A stretch of DNA of 64,000 bases from an uncultured Dehalococcoidia bacterium. GTDB taxonomy: Bacteria; Chloroflexota; Dehalococcoidia; Lucifugimonadales; UBA3495. Positions within the stretch are counted from its first letter, which is position 1. Each line of letters opens with the position of its first letter. Below are positions 16,416-26,338 of this stretch, one piece after another. A program made the position numbers and the translations under genes. The notes below the pieces were generated by a model that ran no database searches, was not told the DNA's origin, and saw only the letters and a list, made by a program, of their open reading frames with translations. Where the stretch lies: the NCBI GenBank assembly GCA_964502995.1, contig CAZCZB010000002.1, positions 76,805 to 140,804 of the forward strand. Direction: 5' to 3'.

Positions 16416-17660
16416 TCACAACAACCCGGCCCAACTGAAAACCCAGCCCAACGCTCCGGCGCCGACAATCACCAGCGGCGCCGGAGCCCGGAAAAACATC
16501 ACCGACCCGAACGCCAACAGTGCAATCACCGCGCCCGCCGCGCTGGGATCAGACCGCTCCCACAGCAGGAATACCACGCCCACCACCAGGCCGATTGCCG
16601 TGGCATTGACGCCCGTCAGGGCTATCCTCACCCACGGATAGCGCCGCACCTTCTCCCAGAAGGGCAGCACGCCGAAGATTATCAGCAGCCCCGGCAGGAA
16701 GAGTCCCACAAAGGCCAGCAAAAGCCCGGGGACACCGCCGGCAATGGCTCCAAGATAAACGCTGAAGCTGAACAGCGGGCCGGGCAGCGCCAGCATCAAG
16801 GCCAACCCGTCCAGGAACTCCTGCTGCGTCACCCACCCTGGTTCGACCACTTCGGCGCTGAGCATGGGCAACACCACCTGGCCACCGCCAAAAATCAGCG
16901 ACCCGGTGCGGTAAAAGGACTCCAGGATTTGCAGCCACGGCCAGTCCAGCGCCAGGCGGGCCAGGATCAGCGCGGCCAGCAGTCCGAAGAACAGCAGCAG
17001 CAGCAGGGTGCCGGCAACCCGCGAGATTCCCAGGTTGTCCAGGGGAACACTTCCCGTCCGGTTGGTCTCATCGAATCGTTGGCGTCGCAGGGCCACCGCT
17101 GTAACCATCCCTCCCAGGGCGAGCACGGCCGGAAAGGCCCAGGGCTGGCGCACCAATATGGTCACCACAGCCCCCAGGAGCATCAGGCCCATGGTCAGGC
17201 GCGTGTTGACCACTGCGATGCCGAGCCTCCAGGCTGCCACCGCAACCAAGGCCACCGTGGCCGGCTGCACCCCGTCCAGCCATTGCGGGCGTCCTCCATC
17301 GTCCAAAAATGTCGCCACGCCCAGTCCGGCCAACGCCATAATCGTCGCCGCCGGATACAGGAAGAGAAGAAAGGCCAGCAGGCCGCCCAGCGGCCCGGCC
17401 CTTGCAGTGCCGACGGCCACCACCATCTGGGTTGAGGTGGGACCGGGCAGTCCCTGCCCCAAACCCAGGAGTTCCACAAAACGCTGCTCGTCGAGCCAAC
17501 CGCGTCTGGCCACGAATCGCTCTTGCAGCAGCGCGATGTGGGCCTGTGGTCCACCGAAGGCGATCCACCCCAGCGGCAAGAATGCCCACGCCACCTCAGC
17601 CAGCCTGCGTGGCAGTGAGGGCGTGGATTCAACGTCGGGCCGGTTGGTCGGTTCGTCCAT
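16416..17660 (-). CDS. chrA: chromate ion transporter (CHR family, duplicated domain)
   Basis: FGGPQAHIALLQERFVARRGWLDEQRFVELLGLGQGLPGPTSTQM in the N-terminal half and FGGGQVVLPMLSAEVV...GWVTQQEFLDGLALMLALPGPLFSF in the second half. The ATG at 17660 avoids overlap with the upstream gene that ends at 17669. Confidence 0.88.
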   Translation of the reverse strand: MDEPTNRPDVESTPSLPRRLAEVAWAFLPLGWIAFGGPQAHIALLQERFVARRGWLDEQRFVELLGLGQGLPGPTSTQMVVAVGTARAGPLGGLLAFLLFLYPAATIMALAGLGVATFLDDGGRPQWLDGVQPATVALVAVAAWRLGIAVVNTRLTMGLMLLGAVVTILVRQPWAFPAVLALGGMVTAVALRRQRFDETNRTGSVPLDNLGISRVAGTLLLLLFFGLLAALILARLALDWPWLQILESFYRTGSLIFGGGQVVLPMLSAEVVEPGWVTQQEFLDGLALMLALPGPLFSFSVYLGAIAGGVPGLLLAFVGLFLPGLLIIFGVLPFWEKVRRYPWVRIALTGVNATAIGLVVGVVFLLWERSDPSAAGAVIALLAFGSVMFFRAPAPLVIVGAGALGWVFSWAGLL

Positions 17661-17668
17661 GTTGCGCG

Positions 17669-18511
17669 TCAGAATAGCACGCTGGCCGACCGCCACAGCA
17701 TCATGCACCCGGATCCGGTGAGCATCACGCCCATCACCAGCAGCAGCCGGCTAACGCTGATTCGCCCGGTGAATTTGGCGCCCACGTAACTGCCCACTAT
17801 CGCCGGCGCCAGCAAAATCGCCAGAAGCGCAAGGTCGGGCCGCGTGTGCAGCATGTGGCCGATCCAGCCGAGCGCGCCCATGGTCATCCCGATAAACAGA
17901 TTGCTGCCGGCGGCGATCCGCGGGTCAACGCGCATCACCCTGATGATCAGCGGCAACCGGACGGAACCGAGCACCAGCCCAATGGCCCCGGCCAGCAGAC
18001 CGAGTCCAAAACTCGCCCCGACGCCGCTCACCGTTCTCCACAATGTGAATTGACCGGCCGACCCGTCCAGTTGATCCTCCGACGGACTATCGGAGTGAGC
18101 GTCACGCCGCCGTCGTGCAGCCAACACGACCAATTCTATCCCCTGCCACAGGATCAGCAACCCGGCCAGCGTGATGAGAAGATTGACCGGGGCCCGATTG
18201 CTGAGGTAACCACCCAGGAATCCGGCGACGAAGGCGGGAATCCCGATGACCAAAACCAGGTGGAGATTGACGCGCCCGTCGCGGAAATGGCGGTAGCTAC
18301 CGGTAACGCCGACCACGCTGCTGACAAATATATTCGCGCTCGCCGCCACCTGCAGCGGGACCCCCAGCATCAACATCGCAGGGAGCCGCATGGTGCCCAG
18401 TGACAGTCCAATCAAGCCGCCCAACAGGCCGATCACGGCAGACATTGCCAGCAGCAAGCCGGCAAGCCAGACGGCCAGATCCGACGGCAATCCAAAATCG
18501 GACAGCAACAT
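17669..18511 (-). CDS. TauE/SafE family sulfite/organosulfonate exporter
   Basis: Polytopic protein with the internal repeat typical of TauE/SafE (GGLIGLSLGTMRLPAML... and GLVLGSVRLPLIIRVM...). GAGGTGG RBS. Confidence 0.85.
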   Translation of the reverse strand: MLLSDFGLPSDLAVWLAGLLLAMSAVIGLLGGLIGLSLGTMRLPAMLMLGVPLQVAASANIFVSSVVGVTGSYRHFRDGRVNLHLVLVIGIPAFVAGFLGGYLSNRAPVNLLITLAGLLILWQGIELVVLAARRRRDAHSDSPSEDQLDGSAGQFTLWRTVSGVGASFGLGLLAGAIGLVLGSVRLPLIIRVMRVDPRIAAGSNLFIGMTMGALGWIGHMLHTRPDLALLAILLAPAIVGSYVGAKFTGRISVSRLLLVMGVMLTGSGCMMLWRSASVLF

Positions 18512-18560
18512 CGCACCACCTCACCACCCGACTCCGGTCGATGCCGGTCCCGGCATCAGA

Positions 18561-19613
18561 TCAGGGCTGGCCCACTGACTCAGCGACTCCGACCTCCTGC
18601 ATCAATTCGTAAATCTGACGCCAGGTCTCGTCCTCAATGAAAATGCCGTCGGCGCGACGCTGCTGCTCGGTGCGGTATTCAATCTCGCCGGGGTAGAAGA
18701 CCTCAGAGAATCCGGAGGCCGGCGGCGACGTCTTGACAAACTCGGCGAACTCGGTCATCTCCTGCTTGAAGTCCTCAAGCGGGCGGAACTTGGACACGTC
18801 AAACACCGCCAGGAAGCAGCCGTCGTTATGCCGCGCCTGAGGGTCGATGCCAAAACCAAGGCCGGTCAGCAAACCCGAGAACATCTCCACCATGAACGAC
18901 AGACCAAATCCCTTGTGGCCCTGGTCCGCGCCCACTGGCAAAATGGCCCCGCCGGCGGCGTAGTCATTGGGGTCGTTGGTGGGGTTGCCATCCTTGTCCA
19001 CGATCCAGCCGGTGGGCACCTGCTCGCCGCGGTTGCGGGCCAGGCCGATCTTGCCGGCGGCCACCGCAGAGGTCGCCATGTCCAGCAGCACCTGCCCGGG
19101 CAGGTTGCTGGGAACGCCGATGCAGATGGGGTTCGTGCCCAGGCGTCGCGCGCGCCCACCGAACGGCGCCACGGCCTTGGGACCCGCGCCGGAGTCTGCC
19201 GTGAGGAGCGCGATCATACCCTCCTGCGCGCAGATGGTCGGGTAATCGCCCAGGCGTCCGATGTGGCTCTGGCGTCGGATCGTGAATGCGGCGACGCCGT
19301 TCTGCTTGGCCTTGTCGATCGCCAGGCGCGTCGCCTTTTCGGTTACGACGAACCCGAAACCCCAGTGCCCGTCAATCACGGCGGTGGTCGGAGTCTCGCT
19401 GAGCACCTCAAACGGGGCGCCCGGCACGATATGGCCGCGGTCGATGCGCTCGCAGTATTCGGGGATGTGTATGCAACCGTGGGAATCGTGGCCGACCAGG
19501 TTGGCCTTCACCTGGTGGGCCGCCACTATTTCGGCCTCTTCGGCCGGCGTTCCTTTGGCCTGGTAGATGGCCGACGCGGCCTTGTGCAGATATTCGGGCG
19601 TGAAAATGGGCAT
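18561..19613 (-). CDS. Ldh2-family (malate/L-lactate/sulfolactate dehydrogenase type 2) oxidoreductase
   Basis: MPIFTPEYL..., GHDSHGCIHIPEY and HKGFGLSFMVEMFSGLLTG. The ATG at 19613 is preceded by GGAGG. The 513-aa track ORF is a 5' extension. Confidence 0.88.
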   Translation of the reverse strand: MPIFTPEYLHKAASAIYQAKGTPAEEAEIVAAHQVKANLVGHDSHGCIHIPEYCERIDRGHIVPGAPFEVLSETPTTAVIDGHWGFGFVVTEKATRLAIDKAKQNGVAAFTIRRQSHIGRLGDYPTICAQEGMIALLTADSGAGPKAVAPFGGRARRLGTNPICIGVPSNLPGQVLLDMATSAVAAGKIGLARNRGEQVPTGWIVDKDGNPTNDPNDYAAGGAILPVGADQGHKGFGLSFMVEMFSGLLTGLGFGIDPQARHNDGCFLAVFDVSKFRPLEDFKQEMTEFAEFVKTSPPASGFSEVFYPGEIEYRTEQQRRADGIFIEDETWRQIYELMQEVGVAESVGQP

Positions 19614-19767
19614 GACACGGCCTCCGTGAGTGGGAGTTGGCTGACGATAATGGCGGAGATTGTAGCAGGATTGGCTGCGCGTTTCTCTGCCACCGCTCGC
19701 ACATTCGGGTGGTCGAATAGCAGTACAATTGAGCCTCGATGCAATTCCCGCAGATTTTGGAGGACTC

Positions 19768-21000
19768 GTGGACACCATCATCAGGAACGCGAGGGTAACT
19801 GACGGACCGGATTCGACGCCGGTGGATATCGGGATTGAAAACGGGCGCATTGCCGCCATTGCACCGGCTCTGCACGCGGATGCGGAAACGATCGACGTCG
19901 AGGGGCGGTTGGTAACGCCAGGGTTTATTGAAACCCACATCCACCTGGACAAGTCCTGCATACTGGACCGCATCCAGTCCTCAACCGGTGGTCTGGACGC
20001 GGCAATTGGCGAAGTGGCAAGGCTCAAAGCCGGATTCACACCCGAGGATGCGTACCAGAGGGGCAGAAGAACTCTGGAAAAATGTGTCCTCAACGGAACC
20101 ACTCACGTCCGCACGCACCTGGAGGTTGACCCGGTGATCGGTCTGCGCAGCCTGGAGGGTGTGCTGCCCCTTGTGGATGAGTTCAAGTGGGCCCTGGATC
20201 TGGAAATCTGCATCTTTCCCCAGGAGGGGTTGCTCAACAACCCCGGCACCGACGAACTGATCGTCGAAGCGCTGAAACGGGGCGGCAGAGTGGTCGGCGC
20301 CGCTCCCTACACCGACACGGATCCCAAAGGCCAAATCGATCGCGTGTTCGCGCTGGCGAGGGAATTTGACATCGACATCGACATGCACCTGGACTTCGGC
20401 GCGGACACCGGGTCGTTCGACCTCGACTACGTGTGCGAACTCGCCGACCGGTTCGGCTACGGAGGCAGGGTTGCCATCGGCCACGTCACCAAGCTATCCG
20501 CTCTGCCGCACGACGACCTGATGGCGAAAGCCCGGCTGCTCGCCGGCTCCGGGGTGGCGGTTACCGTGCTTCCAGCTACCGACCTGTATCTGATGGGCCG
20601 CGACCTGGATCATTCGATGATCCGTGGCGTCGCGCCGGCCCATCGGCTGCTGCCGAAGGGAGTGAACTGTTCGCTGTCCACCAACAACGTGCTGAATCCG
20701 TTCACTCCCTACGGAGACTGCTCGCTGGTGCGCATCGCCAATCTGTACGCCAACATCTGCCAGGTGGGTGATGGGGATGGCCTGACCGACTGTTTCGACA
20801 TGGTGACCAGCCGCTCGGCCCAACTGCTGCGGTTGCAGGATTACGGTATCGAAGTCGGCAGGGCGGCGGATTTCGTGGTACTCGATTGCAACAGCCGGGC
20901 GCAGGCGGTTTCGGAGGTCGTCGCCCCAACGATGGGATTCAAGGCGGGACGGCGCACCTTCGTGCGGCCCGCCGCGACACTGGAGCGACCCACCGATTGA
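19768..21000 (+). CDS. amidohydrolase superfamily, cytosine deaminase-like
   Basis: PGFIETHIHLDKS metal motif and later HxH/Asp positions. I prefer the GTG at 19768, 5 nt after GGAGG. The track start at 19729 is possible. Confidence 0.85.
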   Translation: MDTIIRNARVTDGPDSTPVDIGIENGRIAAIAPALHADAETIDVEGRLVTPGFIETHIHLDKSCILDRIQSSTGGLDAAIGEVARLKAGFTPEDAYQRGRRTLEKCVLNGTTHVRTHLEVDPVIGLRSLEGVLPLVDEFKWALDLEICIFPQEGLLNNPGTDELIVEALKRGGRVVGAAPYTDTDPKGQIDRVFALAREFDIDIDMHLDFGADTGSFDLDYVCELADRFGYGGRVAIGHVTKLSALPHDDLMAKARLLAGSGVAVTVLPATDLYLMGRDLDHSMIRGVAPAHRLLPKGVNCSLSTNNVLNPFTPYGDCSLVRIANLYANICQVGDGDGLTDCFDMVTSRSAQLLRLQDYGIEVGRAADFVVLDCNSRAQAVSEVVAPTMGFKAGRRTFVRPAATLERPTD

Positions 21001-21045
21001 CGAAGAGGCTCAGCCGGACATTGTTTAGGCGGTACGGCCACCGGG

Positions 21046-21456
21046 TCAGAGAATCTTTTCAAAATAGTGCCGGCTGGCTCCGCCTTCGTACCCTGCCGAA
21101 ACGCCGAACCGGCAGTATCCTCGCCGTTCGTAGAAGGCCGGCGCCTGGAACGACATCGTGTCCACCATGGACGCGGTGCAGCCCAGATCACGGCCGCGCT
21201 GCTCGACCCAGTCCATCAGGCGCGCGGCCAACCCCAGCCCCCGGAATTGGGGATGCACCCACAACAATCTGATGTGCAGCTTGCCCCAATAAACCGTACC
21301 GGCGATGCCGGCCACAACCCGGCCCGCATCAATAAAACCGGCCCTCAACGGAGTGATCGAACGGGCCGAAGCGATATCGGCGCTGTGCGCGTCCAGACCA
21401 CTCTCTATCTCTGAAACCTGCACGTCGGTCAGAGTTTCCGAAAACTCCATGCCCAT
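21046..21456 (-). CDS. GNAT-family N-acetyltransferase
   Basis: LWVHPQFRGLGLAARLMDWVEQ (acetyl-CoA binding Q/RxxGxG/A) and FYERRGY. RBS GGAGAA. Confidence 0.85.
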   Translation of the reverse strand: MGMEFSETLTDVQVSEIESGLDAHSADIASARSITPLRAGFIDAGRVVAGIAGTVYWGKLHIRLLWVHPQFRGLGLAARLMDWVEQRGRDLGCTASMVDTMSFQAPAFYERRGYCRFGVSAGYEGGASRHYFEKIL

Positions 21457-21700
21457 TCAATTCTCCAATCATCGGTTGCTGTCGTTGGATGTCGCGAATG
21501 CAATCGGTGGTGACCCGCAAATGGATTTTGCGGGGCAGAAAAATCGATCACCGGCTCAAGCGCGGTTGGCGCGGGCCACCCGCGCTGCGACAGCGATGCG
21601 GCCGCCACCGCCGCAGTCAAACGATTCCGATTTGCCGCCGCACGGACAGAGCCTTACACTGCCAGATCACCAACACAATTGCCATTCGGAGGGACTCGAA

Positions 21701-22735
21701 ATGAAAGCTGTGTATATCAACGAAACCGGCGGCACCGACGTGCTTATTCATGGCGACCGGCCCGACCCGGAAATCGCTCCCGGCGAAATCCTGATTCGTG
21801 TGGGCGGCAGCGCGTTGAATCATCTGGACCTGAACCTGCGCGCCGGCAACGCCAGCCGCTTCCCCCACATCCTGGGCTGCGACTTCGCCGGCGAGGTGGT
21901 CCAGATCAGCCCCGATTCCGGCACGGACATGAAGGCGGGCGACCGCGTGCTGGTGGACAATCGCGTCAAGTGCGGCGGCCACGACCTCTGTGAACATTGT
22001 TCCGCCGGCCACGACCAATGGTGCGGCCGCCAGAAACGCATCGGCGTGGACCTGGACGGAGGACACGCCGATTACGTCGTCGCGCCGGCGATAAACGCCT
22101 ACACCATCCCCGACGAAATGTCGTTCGCGGAGGCCGCGGCGCTTCCCATCGCGCTGCATACCTCCTGGCACTGCCTGATCACCCAGGCCAAAATCCAGCC
22201 GTGGGATGACGTGCTGGTGCAGGCCGCCGGTTCCGGCGTGGGCAGCATGGGCATTCAGATTGCCAAGATGATGGGCTGTCGCGTAATCACCACGGCGGGC
22301 AGCGACTGGAAACTCGAGGAGGCCAAAAAGTGGGGCGCCGACGAGGTTATCAACTACCGCGAGGTTGACAGCGTCAGCCAGCGCGTGCGGGAACTGACCG
22401 ACGGCAAGGGCGTGGACGTGGTGTACGACTGCGTCGGCGCCGATGTGTGGCACGAGAACATGCTGTGCCTGAAGCAGGAGGGCAGGCTGGTCATCACCGG
22501 CGTCACGTCCGGCAGCCAGACCCCTATGGACCTGTCCATTCTCCACGGACGGCCGTTGCATCTCATGGGCAGCGGCGGCCGCAGCCGTCGCACCATGGCC
22601 GACGCCATGAAAATGGTGAACCAGGGAGAGCTGCGCGGAGTCGTCGGTCGCACCTTCCCGCTTGAGGGGGTCGGCGAAGCGCACCAGGTGATGCACGACC
22701 GCGATTTCTACGGCAAACTCGTCATTGAACACTGA
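21701..22735 (+). CDS. MDR-family zinc-binding dehydrogenase / quinone oxidoreductase-like
   Basis: MKAVYINETGG...LIRVGGSALNHLDL, a Cys cluster CGGHDLCEHCSAGHDQWC, and Rossmann motif VQAAGSGVGSMGIQIAK. The ATG at 21701 is preceded by GGAGGGA. The track start at 21305 overlaps the GNAT gene. Confidence 0.9.
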   Translation: MKAVYINETGGTDVLIHGDRPDPEIAPGEILIRVGGSALNHLDLNLRAGNASRFPHILGCDFAGEVVQISPDSGTDMKAGDRVLVDNRVKCGGHDLCEHCSAGHDQWCGRQKRIGVDLDGGHADYVVAPAINAYTIPDEMSFAEAAALPIALHTSWHCLITQAKIQPWDDVLVQAAGSGVGSMGIQIAKMMGCRVITTAGSDWKLEEAKKWGADEVINYREVDSVSQRVRELTDGKGVDVVYDCVGADVWHENMLCLKQEGRLVITGVTSGSQTPMDLSILHGRPLHLMGSGGRSRRTMADAMKMVNQGELRGVVGRTFPLEGVGEAHQVMHDRDFYGKLVIEH

Positions 22736-22810
22736 CCGTTACGCGGCAGGTGATACAATACCCATCGCCAAAACGGTGAAACGACAAACCAGAACGGAGG
22801 CAGTTCCGCC

Positions 22811-23584
22811 ATGAGAATCGCTCGCTATATTGCCCACGGAACCGAGCACTACGGGGTCGTGGACGGCGACAACGTAACCGCCATTGACGGCAGCATTTTT
22901 GACTCTCCCATCAAGCTCACCGATCACGTCCATACGCTGTCCGACGTGAAACTGCTCGCGCCGGTAATGCCGGGCAAGATCCTGGCGATGGGCCTGAATT
23001 ACACCAGCCACATCGGCGACCGCCCGGCTCCCCAGTACCCGATGATCTTCCACAAGACTCCCACCAGCGTCATCGGTCCCGAGGACGCCATCGTGCGGCC
23101 CAAGGAAGTCCAGCGCTTCGATGCCGAAGGCGAAATGGTGTTGGTCATCAAGGACCGCTGCAAGAACGCGTCCAAAGAAGACGCCCTGAACCACGTGCTC
23201 GGCTACACCTGCGGCAACGACGTGAGCGCCCGCGACTGGCAGCGCAAGGACCGCAACGAGAACAACTCCGACTGGTGGCGCGCCAAGTCAGCGGACACCT
23301 TCTCGCCCATGGGTCCCTGGATCGAAACCGACATCGACCCCCACGATCAGCACCTCCGAACCCGGGTCAACGGCAATGAAGAGCAGAACGAGTCCACGGC
23401 CCACCTGATCTTCGACGTGCCGACGATGATCGAGTTCATCACCCGGTACGTCACACTGGAAGCCGGCGACTGCATCTTCACCGGCACGCCGGGCACCACC
23501 TCCGACATGGCTGACGGCGCGGTCTGCGAGATCGACATCAGCGGCATCGGCGTCCTGCGGAATCCGGTCAAGCTGGAATCGTAG
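22811..23584 (+). CDS. fumarylacetoacetate hydrolase (FAH) family protein
   Basis: LAPV.PGKILAMGLNY..H, EGEMVLVI, GYTCGNDVSARDWQ and GDCIFTGTPGT. Confidence 0.9.
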   Translation: MRIARYIAHGTEHYGVVDGDNVTAIDGSIFDSPIKLTDHVHTLSDVKLLAPVMPGKILAMGLNYTSHIGDRPAPQYPMIFHKTPTSVIGPEDAIVRPKEVQRFDAEGEMVLVIKDRCKNASKEDALNHVLGYTCGNDVSARDWQRKDRNENNSDWWRAKSADTFSPMGPWIETDIDPHDQHLRTRVNGNEEQNESTAHLIFDVPTMIEFITRYVTLEAGDCIFTGTPGTTSDMADGAVCEIDISGIGVLRNPVKLES

Positions 23585-23610
23585 CCCACGGCTGCGGATA
23601 CCACATGCGA

Positions 23611-23637
23611 CAGGGGCGGGTTTGAAACCCGCCCCTG
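23611..23637. terminator. bidirectional intrinsic terminator hairpin
   Basis: CAGGGGCGGG-tttgaaa-CCCGCCCCTG between convergent genes. Confidence 0.7.
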
Positions 23638-23694
23638 AACTTTTCGGGACACAACATCCCGACCAGGCTCCCGAATTGCCGGCTGCCCAAATTT

Positions 23695-24840
23695 TCAGAA
23701 CGGATACTGCACCGTTGCCTGCGCGCTCTCATGCGGCCACACAACCACCTTGCGTCCGGCCTGCCGCTGCACCAGGGATACTTCGTGCCCCACCTGCCGG
23801 CCGGATTCCTCGATTCGGAACCGCCCGTAGAAAGTGGTGAAGTCCAACTCTCCGGCGGCCGCGCGCAGGGCATCATCCTGCACCGATCCCGCCTCCTGCG
23901 CGCAACGCTGGGCGATGAATCCACCGGCGAACGCCTGGGCCATCGGGTAGTCCACCGGGAGTCCGGAGGTCGCCGCCGCCAGGGCTAGAATTTGAAGAGC
24001 CTCGCCTGAGTTTGGGCCGAAGTCGGGCTGCGGGACGCTCACGGCCGGCTCCCATTGGCTCGGGCCGATAAAGCCGTCGGCCATCTGACCCAACTCGTTG
24101 GCGAACTCGGCAATGGGCGTCGCGACGACCACCGCCAGCCCAATGTTGTTGCGGTTGGCCAGGCCGGCCAGGGCCCGGGCGGTTCCGATGTCATGGCGAA
24201 TCCTTCCAATACCCACCACCAGATCCGGTTCCAGGTCGGCAACGGCACGGGCAATTTCGGCAAAACGCGTCTGCGAGGGACGGTACCTCAGATCCAATTC
24301 GGTGGTGAAACCCAAATCGTGCGCGGTGGTCTCCACGCCGCGGGCGACCACACGCGCAAATGCGCCGGTATCGATGCGGAGAATCACCAGCTTGCTGGCA
24401 TCGGGATTGCACTGCCTGGCCAGATGGGGAGCGCCGATCAGGTATTGGTCTGCCGGCGTGAGGATGCCCACGGTGTTGCTGTAACCCCGGGCGAACAGAG
24501 CGTCCCCGGCGCCGCCGTGGTTCCACATCACCTTGCCGTGCGATTCCGAGACTTCGGCCGCGGCGGTAGTTAACCCCGCTGAATATGGTCCGAAAAGCAG
24601 ATCGGCATTGTCCAGCGTTATCAGGCGTTCGGTGTTTTGCTGGGCGCCCTCCGCCAGGCTGCCGTCGTCATAATGGACCACGTCGATCTGGTATGACTGG
24701 CTGCCCAGGGTCAATCCGCCCTGGGAGTTGGTGTACTCAGCCCAGGCTGTGATGCCGGCGAGAGCCTGGCGTCCCTGGGTGGCGAACTGTCCGGTGAGCG
24801 ATGCCGAGATGCCGGCCTTAATCTGTGCTGTCGTAGTCAT
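23695..24840 (-). CDS. type I periplasmic-binding-protein fold (LivK/AmiC-like) protein without signal peptide
   Basis: IKAGISASLTGQFATQGRQALAGITAWAEY...VVHYDDGS...LLFGPYSAG is the branched-chain amino-acid binding protein family. The ORF begins MTTTAQIK with an in-frame TAA 18 nt upstream, so there is no room for a leader or lipobox. Confidence 0.85.
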   Translation of the reverse strand: MTTTAQIKAGISASLTGQFATQGRQALAGITAWAEYTNSQGGLTLGSQSYQIDVVHYDDGSLAEGAQQNTERLITLDNADLLFGPYSAGLTTAAAEVSESHGKVMWNHGGAGDALFARGYSNTVGILTPADQYLIGAPHLARQCNPDASKLVILRIDTGAFARVVARGVETTAHDLGFTTELDLRYRPSQTRFAEIARAVADLEPDLVVGIGRIRHDIGTARALAGLANRNNIGLAVVVATPIAEFANELGQMADGFIGPSQWEPAVSVPQPDFGPNSGEALQILALAAATSGLPVDYPMAQAFAGGFIAQRCAQEAGSVQDDALRAAAGELDFTTFYGRFRIEESGRQVGHEVSLVQRQAGRKVVVWPHESAQATVQYPF

Positions 24841-24896
24841 GCTGCTAGAACTGTCCCTTTAGCCCCCGTCCCTCGTGGGAACGAGGAGGAATGCGA

Positions 24897-26087
24897 TCAG
24901 CCGCGCGGGCGGAATATCCCGAAGCTGCTGGTGTAACCATGCAGGAATGTGGTCCCGCTGACCGGGCCAATTTCACCGTTGCAGAAAAAGCCGCCGAGCG
25001 GCACTCCGGCGCCCACTTTCTGGTGGAATACCTCGGTGTCATGGTTGGGGCGGCCATACAGATACTTGCCACGCCCCAGGCAGGAAAACAGCAGCGCGCC
25101 GTGCGCGGGGTTCTCGCGGTTGTCGATGGCGTACCGTTCCAGCACCGCCGAGAGGTCGTCGGCGGAGGTGTCGGCGTCGCGCAGGTGGAACTGCACCAGT
25201 TGTCCCTCTTTGAGCATCTCGCCGATGGCGAGCACGCCGCTGCGCTGGTCCATGCCCATCACGTTGCGGATCAGGAAATCGCCCTGCTGAGGCTGGTCGA
25301 TCAACGCGTCCATCACCACCCCCAGGAACAGGGAGTGCTGCATCAGTTCGCGGTCTTTCTGGTCGGACTGCTGGAAAATGCCGCGCAGCACGTTGATGGG
25401 CTGCTCGCCGTCAAGTTCCACCAGGAAATTGCGGTCGCTGCGCGTGATGCGCATGGGCTGGCCAATTGGACGGCAACCCTGGGCTACCACCGTCTCGACC
25501 ACAATGTTGCCGGACAGCGCTACGCCCACCGCACCGGAGTCGTGGTATTGGTGGCCCAGGAACAGCCCGTTCTGGCGCGCGCCCTGTCCGGCGCTGGCCA
25601 GACCACCAATCTTGGCTGCCGCGGGGTAGGCATAGTCCATGCCGAGCAGGAGGTTCTGCGCCGGGAACGACATGGGATCGGCGAGCAGCACGAACTGCGG
25701 TTCGTCGCCCGGGCTCACGCCCAGAGATTCATGCCATTCGTCCGGCCCGGCATCGAGGCTGGGCAGATTGTCCCCCTCCAGCCGCAGCGGATGGATATTG
25801 ACCCCGGGCAGGCTCGCTGCCGTAAGGGACACGGCGGGTTCCTGCTCGACCTCTGATCCGCCGCCGATGATGCCGCCGCCGGAACAGCCGAGCACGATGA
25901 CCTGCTGGCCCAGCATCTCTGCCACCATTTCGGGCAGGTTGGCATAGTCGGACGCGTACTCCGATGATGCGAACACGACCGCCAGGTCGGCGGCGTTATC
26001 ACCCAGCGTTGTGCGCACAGACGCAACGCACTCTGACAGCGCGGCCCGCAGGGAATTCTGTTGTGATATGGCGGAAGCCCATTGCAT
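24897..26087 (-). CDS. FIST (FIST_N + FIST_C) sensory-domain protein
   Basis: MQWASAIS...DLAVVFASSEY...VLGCSGGGIIG... and the C-terminal GALLFSCLGRG..LYG...GFFCNGEIGP. The ATG at 26087 is preceded by GAGGTG. Confidence 0.85.
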   Translation of the reverse strand: MQWASAISQQNSLRAALSECVASVRTTLGDNAADLAVVFASSEYASDYANLPEMVAEMLGQQVIVLGCSGGGIIGGGSEVEQEPAVSLTAASLPGVNIHPLRLEGDNLPSLDAGPDEWHESLGVSPGDEPQFVLLADPMSFPAQNLLLGMDYAYPAAAKIGGLASAGQGARQNGLFLGHQYHDSGAVGVALSGNIVVETVVAQGCRPIGQPMRITRSDRNFLVELDGEQPINVLRGIFQQSDQKDRELMQHSLFLGVVMDALIDQPQQGDFLIRNVMGMDQRSGVLAIGEMLKEGQLVQFHLRDADTSADDLSAVLERYAIDNRENPAHGALLFSCLGRGKYLYGRPNHDTEVFHQKVGAGVPLGGFFCNGEIGPVSGTTFLHGYTSSFGIFRPRG

Positions 26088-26338
26088 GATAGACACCTCA
26101 CGGGCTTGCGAAATACTCGTTGGAGATGGCGGCAGTATAGCACAGGGGCCGGGCATTTCAGGCCGGAAAATCACCGGCATCCGGTTGCGCCACCGACTAC
26201 GGGCCACGTATTCAGCAGGTTTGGCGGCGCCGCCGCCTGTTACCGTCATTTGACTAGAAACGGCCCGGCAGGTATATCTGTGTCCGCCACCCGGATGTCC
26301 CGGCGTGGCTCGAAAATGCGATCAAGGCAGGTGTTTCC

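Noticed and set aside
15987-17435. 482-aa plus-strand ORF rich in Q/R/G/P/H.
   Set aside because: It is antisense to chrA and has extreme low-complexity composition.
18561-20102. 513-aa ORF-track version of the Ldh2 gene.
   Set aside because: The first 163 residues have no family similarity and run antisense through the start of the divergent amidohydrolase gene. A GGAGG-preceded ATG at 19613 begins the recognisable Ldh2 sequence (MPIFTPEY...).
21305-21700. 5' extension of the MDR dehydrogenase ORF (476-aa version).
   Set aside because: It overlaps the GNAT gene on the opposite strand and is low-complexity and Arg/Pro-rich. The true start, MKAVYINE at 21701, has a GGAGGGA RBS.
21617-22732. 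371-aa minus-strand ORF.
   Set aside because: It is antisense to the MDR dehydrogenase. It is a shadow ORF.
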